From: the human T2T-CHM13v2.0 reference genome, Homo sapiens
DNA length: 64,000 nt
Strand: one strand, 5' to 3'
NCBI RefSeq assembly: GCF_009914755.1
Contig: NC_060925.1
Positions 15,185-28,606 of this stretch are shown here, in pieces (the stretch's first letter is position 1; every line of letters starts with the position of its first letter). Position numbers and translations under genes: made by a program. The notes under the pieces are model-generated. The model made no database searches, was not told the origin of the DNA, and was given only the letters and a program-made list of their open reading frames with translations.

Positions 15185-16157
15185 CTATATATTCTATTGT
15201 AAAAGTAATACTTGGTTATTGTCATATCCATGAATTATAGGAATACATACCTTAGAAAGCGAATGTTCTTCCTATTCCTGATCCTCAGATATAACCACTG
15301 TTAACATTTTGATGTATTCTTGCCCATATTTTTTTCTACATGTAACACAAATTACATTAAAAAAATTCATGAATAGGTTCTTACTCTAAATATTGTTTTG
15401 CAACTTGCCCTTTTTTCTGATATCTTGAATACCTTTTAATGTAGATATGTAAATTTACCTCATTCTTTTGAAAGCCAGTATCGTATTCCACTATGTGAGT
15501 ATAACCTAATTTATTTAACTAATGTATTGGTGGACATTTAAATAATTTCCAATTTTTAGATGCTATAAATAGTGATGCTAAGAGCATCTAATATATGTGG
15601 GTATATAAGGTATTGTTAAAAATAATACAAAACAGTAAAGGCCAGTTGCAAAATATAAGAATATTGTAGAAAGAGGAGGGGAGAGGTATGTGGTTTTCCA
15701 GAGATTGAGCCACATTATAAAGTTATAGTAATTAGGCCAATGTGCTATTAGTAGAAGGGTAAGCAAACAGACCACTGGAACAGAACCGGAAACCTAGAGA
15801 CAGACCCATGTATAAACAGGATATATAACCACTGTGTTGTTACAAATCAGTGGAGAAATGATAAAATATTCAATATGTGGTCCTGGGACAATCATTTACC
15901 ACTATATAACACCAATTCCAAGTTGATTAATGATCTAAGTGGAAAAAGAAAAGATTCAAAACTTTTATAAGAAAATACAGGGTAATACTTTTATAATTTT
16001 GATATAAGACAGAGTTGATTAAACAAGGCATAAAATATACAAGTTGAAAAGATTGATACATTTGATTATATTAAAGATTTTAGAACTTCCTTTCAACCAA
16101 AGTTACTATAACAAAATTAAAAGGCAAGCTACAGATAGGGATAATATATTTGCATAA

Positions 16158-16506
<349 letters not shown>

Positions 16507-16745
16507 CTCATTCGACAAATGTGTACTGAGTGTGCAGTATGTGCAGATGCTATCCTAGGCAGTGGAGATACTGCAAAGAATAAAACAGACAATCCTTATT
16601 TACGTGGAGTTTACTTTCTGGTGGAAAAGACAATAGGTAAAACAGTAAAATATATTGTATATATGATTTAAAAAAAACATGGAAGGGAGATAGGAAGTGC
16701 CAGGAAGGACATGGGTTGCCATTTTAGATAGGATGGCTAGGAAGG

Positions 16746-17241
16746 TGTGCTAGTTTCCTATTGCTGCCATAACTAAATTATCTCAAACTCAGTTGGCTTA
16801 AAATAACACAAATTTATTATCTTACAGTTTTGGAGGTCAGCAGTCAGAAAAGGGACTTATTGGGTTAAAATCAGTGTCCATAAACCTGGGTTTCTTCCTC
16901 AGGTTCTAGGGGAGAATTTGTGTCCTGACATTTCCTAGCTTTTAGAGGCTTCTTGCATTCCTTGGATTGTACCCCCCTCCACCTCCACCCCAGCCAGCAA
17001 TCTCATCACTTGGATCTGTTTTCATTATGACATCTCCTTCTCTCTGTTGCCTCCCCCTTTCACTTATAAGGGCCCTTGTGATTACATTGGGCCCTCCTGG
17101 ATAATCCAGGATAATCTCCTCCTTAAGATCCTTAAATATAATCACATTTGCAAAGTCACTTTTGCCATTAAGATAACACATTCACAGGTTCTGGGCATAA
17201 GGATGTGGACATCTTTGGGGACCATTCTTTGGGGTACTACA
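16746..17241 (-). mobile_element. Solo MaLR LTR (MLT1C/D-like)
   Basis: TG...CA termini with perfect 5-bp TSD GAAGG (16741-16745, 17242-17246); ggataatccaggataatctcc. Confidence 0.85.
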
Positions 17242-17647
17242 GAAGGCCTCAAATGAGAAGGTGACATTTCATGAAGGAAGGACATTTCATGACATTTCTT
17301 CATGAAGGAAGAAGGGAGCAAGAAATCTGTGGGAAGAACAATCCAAGCAGACAGAGTAGGTGGTGCAAAGGCCTTGAGGCAGGACCATGCCTAGCCTGTT
17401 TCAGAACAGAAAAGAGGACAAAGCAAAGTTAGCAAATAGTAGATAAGAAAAAGGTAATGGAGTGGTGGTGAGGGCCACATTACGTAGGGCCTTGTAACAA
17501 CTGTGACCTTTACTCTGAGGGAGATGAGAGTCCTTGTAGAGTTTACTTAGTGCAGTGACATTATCTGATATATGTTTTAATGGAATCACTCTGCCTGCTA
17601 TGTGAAAAATAGCTGAAAGTTAATCAAACTTGAAAGTGGGAGACCAG

Positions 17648-18110
17648 TGTATTAATTATGTATTGTTGCATAACAAGCTATTCCCAAACTGAAGAACTTT
17701 AAAACAACAATTTATTATTTTTCACGATTCTTTGGGTTGACTGGATGGATCCTTTGCTCCATGGTGGGGATTGCTGGGTTCATCATGCAGATGCACTCAG
17801 GAGTGAGTTTGGCTGTGACTGGGATGTCCAAGATGGCTTCACTCATGTGTCTGGTGCCTCAGGTGGGTTGTCTGGAAGGAACAGGGGCTGTTTAGGCATC
17901 ACTTGCGAATGGGTAATCAGACTCCTCACGTGGTGGCTCAAAGTTCCAAGAGAGCTAAAGTAGAAAGTGTCAAGTCTCCTTAAGGGGTAGGCCTGGAACT
18001 GGCTCAGCATCATTTCTTCAAATTCTATTGGTCAAAGCAAGTCAAAAGGCCTGCTCAGTTTCAGGGAGAAAATGGACTGCATCTCAATGAGGAGGATTGA
18101 CATCCGTATA
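17648..18110 (-). mobile_element. Old MLT1-type LTR
   Basis: tattgttgcataacaagc...aaacaacaatttattat; ccaagatggcttcactcatgtgtctgg; ctattggtcaaagcaagtca. Confidence 0.7.
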
Positions 18111-18246
18111 TAGTTAGGAGGCTATTGCTCTATTTCAAGTGACAGATGATAGTAACTTGAGTTAAGGTACTAACAGAATTTGGGGAGACTGGTTGTAATA
18201 TGAATATGTTTTGAAGGTAGATCCAAAAGGATTTTGGTAATAAAAA

Positions 18247-18730
18247 GTATCTTAGTCTGCTCAGGCTGCCATAACAAAATACCATAGACTGGGTGGCTTA
18301 AACAATAAAAGTTTATTTTCTCAACAGCTCAAGACTGGAAGTTGAAGATCAGGGTACCAGCATGGTTGTGTTTTGGTGAGGACTCTCTTCCTGGCTTGTA
18401 GATAACTACCTTCTTGCTCTGTCTTCATATAGCCTTTCCTTGGTGTATGGAAAGAGAAAGAGATCTTTTCTTATGAGGCCACCAATCCTAATGGATCAAA
18501 ACCTTTCCCTGGTGCACGGACAGAGAAAGAGATGTAGCCTTTCCTTGGTGCATGGACAGAGAAAGAGATATTTTCTTGTAAAGCCACCAATCCAATCCTA
18601 ATGGATCAAAACACCACTCTTATGACCTCATTTAACCTTACTTAACTCCTAAAAGCCCTGTCTCCACATATAGTCACACTAAGGGTTGGGCTTCAACATG
18701 AATTTGTGGGGGAGGGTGGCCCAATATGGA
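18247..18730 (-). mobile_element. MLT1A-like LTR with internal duplication
   Basis: ttagtctgctcaggctgccataacaaaataccatagactgggtggcttaaac. Confidence 0.85.
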
Positions 18731-19494
18731 ATGGGAAACAGAGGAGTCAAAGATGACTCTAGTGTTTAGTCTGACCTGCTGGAAGAATAGAAATTAACTG
18801 AAATAGGGAACACTGCTGAAGAAGTAGGTATTGGAAGATGGCTATGTTCAGTTTTAGACACGTTAATTTTGAGAAGCATGTTAGACACTCAAGAGAATAT
18901 AGTAAATAGGTAATTCGATATGAGTTTGGACTGGATTTATGAGTTTTCTGAACTGAATATATGAAGTGCAGGAATTGTTAGATTATAGATGGCATTTAAA
19001 ACCATAAGAATGGGATCAACAAGGGAGTAAGTGTAATAGAGAAGAGAGGAGGACTTCTGCAGCAATTCAGTGTTTGGGGAGGTAAGGAGAAACTATAAAG
19101 GACTGGGAAGAAGTGGCTACTGAGGTATTATAGAAGGAGAGTCAAGAGAATGTGGTTTCTAGACACAGGGAATGACAACTGTTTTAAATGCTGCTTCAGG
19201 GTCAAGTGAGATGAGGAGTTAGAACTGACGATCAGATTTTGCAATGCGGAAGTCATTGCAAAATCCCTAGATTTTGACAAGAGCAGTTTCTGAGAAATGA
19301 TGGGGTGAAAGCCTGATTAGAGCTAGATCAAGAAGAATGGGAGAAGTAGAGATAGTAAATGTTTGCATCCTGTATGGCACCAATCACATTGTCAGGCATA
19401 AACCAGGCACAGAAATATTTGTTGAAATATTGTCAAACCTATAAAGTACTTTACATACTTTTTTGTTATGGAGTATTAAAAATAAACTTAAGCC

Positions 19495-19956
<462 letters not shown>

Positions 19957-19969
19957 TTAAAAATTTGTT

Positions 19970-20665
19970 TTAATAGCTTCATTGAAGTATAATTCACATG
20001 TAACTCATCATTTAAACTGACTGATTCAATAATTTTTAGTATATTCACAAATAGGTGAAACCATCACCCTAGTCAATTTTAGAACATTTCCGTCTCCTCA
20101 CAAAGAAACCCTACATCCTTTAGCTATCACCCCTCCACCTCACTGTTACATGGCCCCTAGCCCTAGGCAACCTTGAATCTACTTTCTATCTATAGATTTG
20201 CCTATTTTGGACATTTTATATAAATGGAATCATATAATAAGTGGTCTTTTGTGACTGACTCCTTTCACTCTGCATAATGTTTTTAAGTTTCATCCATGTT
20301 GCAGCATGAATAGTACTTCATTCCTTTTTATTGCCAAATGATATATCATTTTGTTTATCCATTTATCTACTGATAGACATTTGGGTTATTTCTACTTTTT
20401 GGTTATTGTGAGTAGTGCTGCTATGAACATTTGTGTTCAAGGTATATAGTTAACAGTGGAATTGCTGGGTCATATGGTAATTCTATGTCCAACTCTTTGA
20501 GGAACTGCCAAATTGTCTCCTATAGTGGCTGGACCATTTTACATTCCTACCAGCAATTGATCAGGGTTCCAATTTCTTCATATCTTCACCAATTATTATT
20601 TTCTGTCTTCTTTTTAAATTTAGTCATCCTAGTGGATTTGAAGTGATATCTCATTGTGGTTTTAC
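19970..20665 (-). mobile_element. L1MB 3' end, antisense
   Basis: ctatagatttgcctattttggacattttatataaatggaatcat. Confidence 0.85.
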
Positions 20666-21019
20666 CCATCACTCTTTACTTCTTCAATATGAGCTTCTCT
20701 TTCTTGTGTTATAAAACTGGAACATCATTTTCTCCTACTACATCCTAGCATTGCTTGAAAAATAAATCTTTGAATTTATTCACAATAAAGGTAATGTGTA
20801 CACTTCACAATACCACTCTGGATCCCACAGATATCTTTTAAATATTATGGTTATCTTTTAAAAAACAGAAACTCCAGATTCTTACAATTCCCCATGATCT
20901 CTTCTACCCCAGGATTTAGTTATTTATGTAATAACTAAATAAGGGAAATGCTGAAATAGATAATCTGTTAATTATCTTCTCTTTACTGGATTATATGATT
21001 TTCCTTCAATATCCAAAAC

Positions 21020-21285
21020 CAGTTTTTTTTGTTTGTTTTTGTTTTTGTTTTGAGGTGAAGTCTTGTTCTGTGGCCCAGGCTGGAGGTCAGTGGCGCTATC
21101 TTGGCTTACTGCAAACTCCCGCCCTGGGTTCAAGAGATTCTTCTGCCTTAGCCTCTGGGGATTACAGGTGCGTGCCACCACACCCAGATAATTTTTGTAT
21201 TTTTTAGTAGAGACTGTTTCACCATGTTGGCCAGGCTGGTCTCGAACTCCTGACCTCAAATGATCTGCGCGCCTTGGCCTCCCAA
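21020..21285 (-). mobile_element. AluS, 5'-truncated and internally deleted
   Basis: Antisense Alu flanked by aaaccagtttt TSD. Confidence 0.85.
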
Positions 21286-21422
21286 ACCAGTTTTGATATG
21301 CGATTTTTCTCTTAATCTAATGGTGACCAATGAGAGGATTTATGAACTGAATAACCACCATGCAATTGAAAGGCTTAGTGCTTCATTCAGAGTCAAATAT
21401 AGGCAATTAGAATGCAACAGGG

Positions 21423-21717
21423 GGCCAGGCACAGTGGCTCACTGTAATCCCAGCACTTTGGGAGGCCTAGGCAGGTGGATCACTTGAGCCCAGGAGTTTG
21501 AGACCAGCCTGGGCAACATGGCGAAACCCCGTCTCCACAAAATGGAGAGAAAAAAAAAATTAGCCGTGCATAGTAGCATGTGCCTGTAGTCCCAACAACC
21601 TGGGAGGCTGAGGTGGGAGGATCACTTGAGCCCGAGGAGGTCGAGGCTGTAGTGAGTGAGCCGTGGACTGCAGCCTGGGTGACAGTGAAACCGTGTCAAA
21701 AAAAAAAAAAAAAAAAG
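21423..21717 (+). mobile_element. AluJb
   Basis: gagcccaggagtttgag, ggtcgaggctgtagtgag. Confidence 0.88.
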
Positions 21718-23059
21718 CAACAATAACAAGTAAAAACAACATCAGAGGTAAGATCCTACTAAAAATCTTTACCTTCCTCTCCCTGACTTGGGGTGGTTGT
21801 CTTCCTTTAAAAAACAAACAAAAAACTGTTTTGCCAAGTACCAAAACTATGTGTTTGCATCTGAAGCAATAAAACAAGGAGACCAGGTAGGGATGCAGGT
21901 TGTTACAGAAGTTGAAATCTATTTCCTGACAAAGGAGTAGCTACAAGTTGGAACACCTGGGGAGGCCTGGGGTAAATGCATATGCAAATAAGTGCTGGGA
22001 AAGTGCTCCTGGGATTCACCTCCCTTAAATACTTTCAGAAGTCATTACAGGTTATGAAACTTAGTGTTCTAATCATTACATTTATGGGAAAGAGTGGAAA
22101 GCAGTTCAGGTAACATAGCTGTAGTTGAACAGGCTAGGGGAGTGGTGGCTGGAGAAAGAAAAGAAATATAGTTGATCCAGGTTTTGGAAAGTTGAGATCT
22201 TGGGATGTGCTACTCCAGGAGAGTTAGGAAAAATACCCTTTTCCTCGACTATGGTACAGTACAGTAAGTATTGACTCTGAAAATGTTCGTAAGTACTGGC
22301 TTCCTTGGATCTAGAGGGAGTCACATTAAAATGGCTACATTTGTATCAGAGCTGTCTTTTATTCTTTTTGGCATGGTCAAGTCATTTCTAATCAGAGTAG
22401 GGGGAATACTGGTAGATCAGACGTCACTCAAACTCATGAGAATTATCTGTTTAACATCCACAAAGCAAGTAGCCCAACAAGCAAGGTCCCCAGGAGCCTA
22501 CTTTATCCTCAAGGAATCTGCTTAGTCAATTGACGTATTCACAGGGCTGGAGAGGTATGAGTGGTGGTTACCTTCGTGCCAGAGCAGAACATGCCTTGTA
22601 GTTACTGCCATATTCTAGCCAAGTTACTCCATTTACTGTTCCTTTGTTCCTAAATTAACAAGGAGAAAAGACTGTGTGTTCAACACATGACCACAATAGA
22701 GAGGTTATTTAGAGAAAGCTTAAAATGTACTTGTGTTTTCTGTACTAGGCCTAGGGCACCCCAGTTATGAAGCCTTGGCCTGAGTTTCTCTCTAGACGGT
22801 GCTGAATTGCCATCTAGTTACCTATTCTGACACCAGGAACATGATTCTTCAACAAACATTGACGGAAGCTTACATGGGACCGGATCACAGCGCTGAGAAG
22901 CACTGGGGCTAAGGGGCGGCACAAAGTCTAGATATGGTGGCAGCACCTGCTCATAATGAAATGCCCACAGTTTAGTGGAACACAGCTGCTATTACTCACC
23001 TGTCTATCATTTTGTTTGGGAGAGCCCTGGTGGGAGAGGAGTATGGTATTTAATATTTA

Positions 23060-23250
23060 ATTGAGCAGTTATATGTGAAAGAGCGTTTTCACGAGACTTA
23101 ACTCCTTTCATCCTCAAATAACCCTACAAGGCGGGTACTATTCTATCCCTATGTTACAGATAAGGAAACTGAGGCAGAGAAGTTGCGTGCTTCATCAAGG
23201 TCACACAACCACTCCGTGGAGGCAAGTTGAACACAGGCTGTCCGGCTTCT
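23060..23250 (-). mobile_element. MIR SINE
   Basis: ttacagataaggaaactgaggcagaga...aaggtcacac. Confidence 0.75.
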
Positions 23251-23561
23251 GAGAGCCAGTGGAGAGGAGGGAGACGGTGGGAGACGGGCAGGGGGAAAAG
23301 GTGGAAGTAGACCCGAAGGGCAGGCTTGATCTTCATAAGAGAAAACAGTACTAACACCATCCACTGATTGACTCGCATATTTCCATCACTTAAAGCTCCT
23401 GGCGTCACTGCCAGGAATGGAAAGTTAAAAAACTCCCAGCTCTGTAAGGTTCTGCCTGGATCCTGAAAAAAACCTTCCCACATGCCCCGAGGAAACTCGA
23501 GGGCTCGCTTCTTTCTCACATCCCTGGCCCGGGGCACCGGAGGTCCCGCTCCGGCGGAGGA

Positions 23562-23584
23562 ACTACAACCCCCACAGCACCGCG
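23562..23584 (+). promoter_or_regulatory. ZNF143/THAP11-type composite motif
   Basis: ACTACAACCCCCACAGCACCGCG fits ACTAYRnnnCCCR followed by an SBS-like core. Confidence 0.7.
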
Positions 23585-24044
23585 CGCGAAGCTGGGCCCC
23601 CCTGAGGGAAGGGTAAGGTGTCCCGAAGGTGCCTTCAGAAAAAAATTACGTACGTTTTTCGTCGCTTTCCCACGATCACACAGATCTCAGCTCCAGGAGG
23701 ACGCATCGTCTTTTTAGTAACAGTGCATGCTGTGAGGCTTGTAGAGTCGCCTCTCTCTTCAGGCGCAGCAGAGGGCGGCCGCAATAGTACGCTCGCGCGG
23801 CGGTGGCGGGTGGTGGTCCTTGGACCACGCGGTGGGCGGAGCCAGCGGCGACGGCCTCCCCTCCCCTCCGGACGCAGGCCGGAAGTACGTGAGAGGAGAC
23901 TTCCGGCCACTGCGTTGTAGTCGGCCCGGCTGCAAAGCGTTTTTCTGCAGGCTGTTTTCCCAGGTTCCCTCGGCCTGTACCTCGCGCACTCCTCTTGCTC
24001 CAGGTCCTTCAGTCTCCGCTCGTCTCACCGTAGGCTGTGACGAC

Positions 24045-24060
24045 ATGAGCAACAAAGAAG
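24045..24060 (+). CDS. TSNAX: TSNAX coding exon 1 (MSNKE+G)
   Basis: gacATGAGCAACAAAGAAG followed by donor GTGGCG at 24061; matches the TRAX N-terminus MSNKEG. Confidence 0.97.
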
Positions 24061-24488
24061 GTGGCGTCCTTAACAACACGGGGCGTTATTTATCCGGAGG
24101 GGGAGGTTCTCCAGTCTTTCTATGCAGTTTTCCCCTTTTCACCCTTGAAGGATGCCTTCGTCCCTTGTAGACTCGGGGGCGGCCCCTCTGTTTCTCTCCC
24201 CGGCCAGATCGGCCCTGTTTACACCTCCTTTTTTCTTAAATTTTTGAGGTGTGATTTTATCCTAGTTCAGTAATTGCTGTAATGCCAGATCATAGCACCA
24301 GTTGGTGGAAACTTGGATGATTTGCTTGGAAAGGCCTGGGCAGCGTCTCTGTCAGTCTGCGGAGAAAGCCTCTAAGGCGAGGGCCCTGTGGGTATCTGGT
24401 TTTAAAGCAAGGAGTAGGTTTGTCTATGTTGTGTTTTGCAAACTCTTGGTGATGGAAGATCCCTCTCTTTTTTTCTTCTCTATATAAG

Positions 24489-24593
24489 GATCAGGAGGGT
24501 TCAGGAAAAGGAAGCATGACAATTTCCCACATAACCAAAGAAGAGAAGGGAAGGATGTTAATTCATCTTCACCCGTGATGTTGGCCTTTAAAT
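24489..24593 (+). CDS. TSNAX: TSNAX exon 2 ([35 protein letters not shown]; basic bipartite NLS region)
   Basis: Pyrimidine tract ...tatataAG acceptor, donor T|GTAAGT at 24594; 105 nt, phase 1-1, frame continuous with exon 1. Confidence 0.97.
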
Positions 24594-25646
24594 GTAAGTT
24601 CTCTGCAATGTAAGTTGAAGAAGGGGAGAGAACAAAATTATTTAGCCATGGTTATGCGCAAGAAAACAGTCCCTAAGAATTTAATGTGAAACTTTAGCTG
24701 GAGGTTTTGTGATGGCGCTAGATGTACCCTAAAAGTCTGGATTACAAAGGCCTTCACTTTTATGTCCCATTAAGAGAAATATTAGTAATCAGGTAAACAT
24801 GACTTAAACACAAGAAACAGTAAACATTAATTAATATTTGACATGTCACATACTCAAGAATTGTGTACCTGATAATATTTACTCATCTGTTATATGCTAA
24901 AATATATTTTCATTTAGTGTGTATTTGTTTCCTCTACTAGACTTGAAGACAGGGACGGTATCTTTGTTTTAACTGTAACACTTAGCACAGAGTGGGAGCT
25001 TGTATCTATTAGTGAATCTCGCATATCTATATACACATATTTTCACAGTCCCCTTTTCTCAGCATATTAACTTGGACAAGTTATTCCTCAATTCAAAACA
25101 AACACAAAACAAAATCCTCTTCCTTTTGTCCCTGTCTATCCACTATCCTGTACCTTACGTTTCTGTGATTAAGGAATCTGGGAAGGGCTTAGCTGGTTGA
25201 TTCCTATTTGCAATCACCTGAAGCCTTGATTGGGGCTGAAGGATCTACAGCTGTTGATAGTTTAGGCCTTTTGCCTGCAACCAGCTCTCTGTTCCTGTCC
25301 ACATGAACTTCTTGTGCTGCTTGGATGTCCTTTGGTGTGGCATCTGGCCTCCTTCAGAGAGAGAGAGTGCAAGAGAGCAAGGAGGAAACCACAATCTCTA
25401 TGTCCTAATCTCAGACATCAGACACTGTCATTTTTGTCACATTGTGTTTGTTAGAAGGGAGGCAGTTTTAAAAACTGTCTCACATTGAAGAGGAAGGAAG
25501 TTATGTCCCACCCTTTGGAGGGAGGAGTCTCAGGTTATTTGTGGATATATTTGAAAACCACCACAGTATCTACTGTGATCGTCAGAAGTTTAAGACAGCT
25601 GGCCGTAATTGAATAAAGAGCGTACTGATACAGAAGGTGGAGTTGC

Positions 25647-26147
<501 letters not shown>

Positions 26148-26189
26148 CTAAGGTGGTGTCCTCATTACCCGTCTGCTGAACTACAGTTT

Positions 26190-26490
26190 TTTGGTTTTTT
26201 TTTTTTTTGAGACAGAGTCTCTGTCACACAGGCTGAGATAATAATTAGGCACGATCTTGGCTCACTGCAAAACCTCTGCCTCCTGGGCTCAAGCCATTTT
26301 CCTACCTCAGCCTCCTGAGTAGCTGGGACTACAGGCGTGTGTCACCATGCCTAATTTTTTTAAATTTTTTTGTAGAGACAGGGTTTCGCCATGTTGCTGG
26401 AGGCTGGTCTTGATCTCCGAGCTCAAGCAGTCTGCCCGTCTCGGCCTCTCAGAGTGCTGGGATTACAGGCGTGAGCCACTGCGCCTGGCC
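26190..26490 (-). mobile_element. AluJb
   Basis: Antisense dimer; TSD ctgaactaca. Confidence 0.88.
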
Positions 26491-27139
26491 TGAACTACAA
26501 TTTTCTTTAAGACCTAGCTCAAGTAGCCTCTTTCCTGTGAATGCGTTCTGATTTTTCTCTCAAGCCGACTTGGTGACCAACATGAAATATTTATTGAGTA
26601 TCTGCTATGTTCTCGCATGTATTAGTAGTGAACAAGAAACGTGGTTTCTGCTTTCATAAGTTTTTTACATATATTTGTTATAGCATGATTACATTTTATT
26701 TGTTTACATCTCTGTCCCTCATACAGGACTGAGCTCCTTGAGGATAGGAATTGTACCTTATCTAACTTTGTGTTCATAGTGTCTGACTTACAGTGGTCAT
26801 TAATATAGCCATAATAAATAATGAATACATATTGATTATCTTAACCCTGGCCTAGTTATTATCTCAGTAATAAAAGACTAGATATATTTAGATCCATGTC
26901 AGCTACTAATTTAGTTAATAGTTTAAGTTCTTGTTTTTTCAGTTCGTGCAATATACATGATTGGGTGTTTCCTATAGGCCAGGCAGCTTGCGGGGCTGTG
27001 GAGTGAAAAGACTTGGGAAATAAAGGCGTTATTAAGAGAGTTAAGTGGTTTAAGGGTATTTCAAGGTACAGAGCTTGATAAATTCAGGAAGTTTATACTT
27101 GAAATTTGCTAAGTAAGTAGATCTTAAATGTTTTTACCA

Positions 27140-27320
27140 CAATTAGCTGGGCATGACAGCATGCGCCTGTAGTATGCTTATAGTCCTGGCTACTCCGGAG
27201 GGGCTGGGGCAGGAGGACTGCTTCAACTCAGAAGTTTGAGGCTGCAGTGAGCTGTGATTGGGCCACTGCACTCCAGGCTGGGCAACAGAGACCCTGACTC
27301 AAAAAGGAAAAAAAAAAAAC
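27140..27320 (+). mobile_element. Alu right-arm fragment (J/FRAM)
   Basis: aattagctgggcatg...gagaccctgactc plus A tail. Confidence 0.8.
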
Positions 27321-27360
27321 TAACTGAGGTGATGGATACGTTAATTAGCTTAATAGTGGT

Positions 27361-27365
<5 letters not shown>

Positions 27366-27390
<25 letters not shown>
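27366..27390. repeat. (CA)n microsatellite
   Basis: acacacac run. Confidence 0.9.
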
Positions 27391-27394
<4 letters not shown>

Positions 27395-27396
<2 letters not shown>

Positions 27397-27697
27397 GGTT
27401 TTTTTTTTTTTTTGGAGACAACGCCTCACCCTGGCCCAGGCTGAAGTGTGCAGTGGCGTGATCTTGGCTCACTGCAAGCGTAGCCTCTTGGGCTCAAGTG
27501 ATCCTCCCACCTCAACCTCCCAAGTAGCTGGGACTACAGGCATGTGCCACCACACGTGGCTAGTTTTTAGATTTTTTTGTAGAGGCAGGGTCTCACTGTG
27601 TTGCCCCTGCTGGTCTCGAACTCCTGGGCTCAAGTGATCTGTCCCCCTTGGCCTCCCAAAGTGCTGGGGTTACAGGCATAATCAATCATGCCTGGCC
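27395..27697 (-). mobile_element. AluJo
   Basis: Antisense dimer. Confidence 0.88.
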
Positions 27698-28188
27698 TTA
27701 TAATTTTTAATTGTCAGTTATACCCCAGTAAAGGTGGAAAAGCAGGAAGACAACAGGGAAAAAAATTTTAATAAACTTGAAAAAAAAGGTCCAAGTTTCT
27801 TTTTTTGGAGGTGTTTATATTATTAATATATGTGGTTAAAGTAATTTTTAAAACTTTATGTAACTCTTTGTTACGTGTCATTTTGTGATAATCTCTTGTT
27901 TACTAAGTTCATTTTTTACAACTTGTACAGTATTCCCATTGTGAGACTAAGTAGTAAAACCCAGTTAATACATACCTATATTTAAAGAGGAAAATATTTT
28001 AGTTGAGCCTTTTTGATTTCCATGTAATTTAGAAATAAGATGATTTTATTCTCTTCATTTTCATAAACTGAATAATTATTGCTTTCTTACATATAGAGAC
28101 AGTACTTTTAGGTACAGACTGTTTTTGCTTTCTAGCCATTTGTATTCTAAGAAAATTAAAATCATTTCCCTTTTTTTTCCTTTCATAA

Positions 28189-28606
<418 letters not shown>

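Larger units (their letters stand above)
23490..24220. promoter_or_regulatory. CpG-island bidirectional promoter of TSNAX and the divergent transcript
   Basis: The only dense CpG/GC-rich block in the window; GC box GGGCGGAG 23834-23841, ETS sites CCGGAAGT 23879-23886 and ACTTCCGG 23899-23906, ACTACAnnnCCCA motif at 23562; no TATA box seen. Confidence 0.92.

Noticed and set aside
23154-23537. 127-aa ATG-initiated minus-strand ORF beside the promoter
   Set aside because: Its 3' part is MIR-derived, there is no domain similarity, and it lies in the predicted first intron of the divergent RNA (an acceptor at 23249 may still define an alternative non-coding exon)
23618-24273. Several overlapping 70-116 aa ORFs across the promoter
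   Set aside because: Expected from stop-poor GC-rich DNA, mostly with non-ATG starts; only the TSNAX exon 1 frame and the spliced 23706 frame have supporting splice structure
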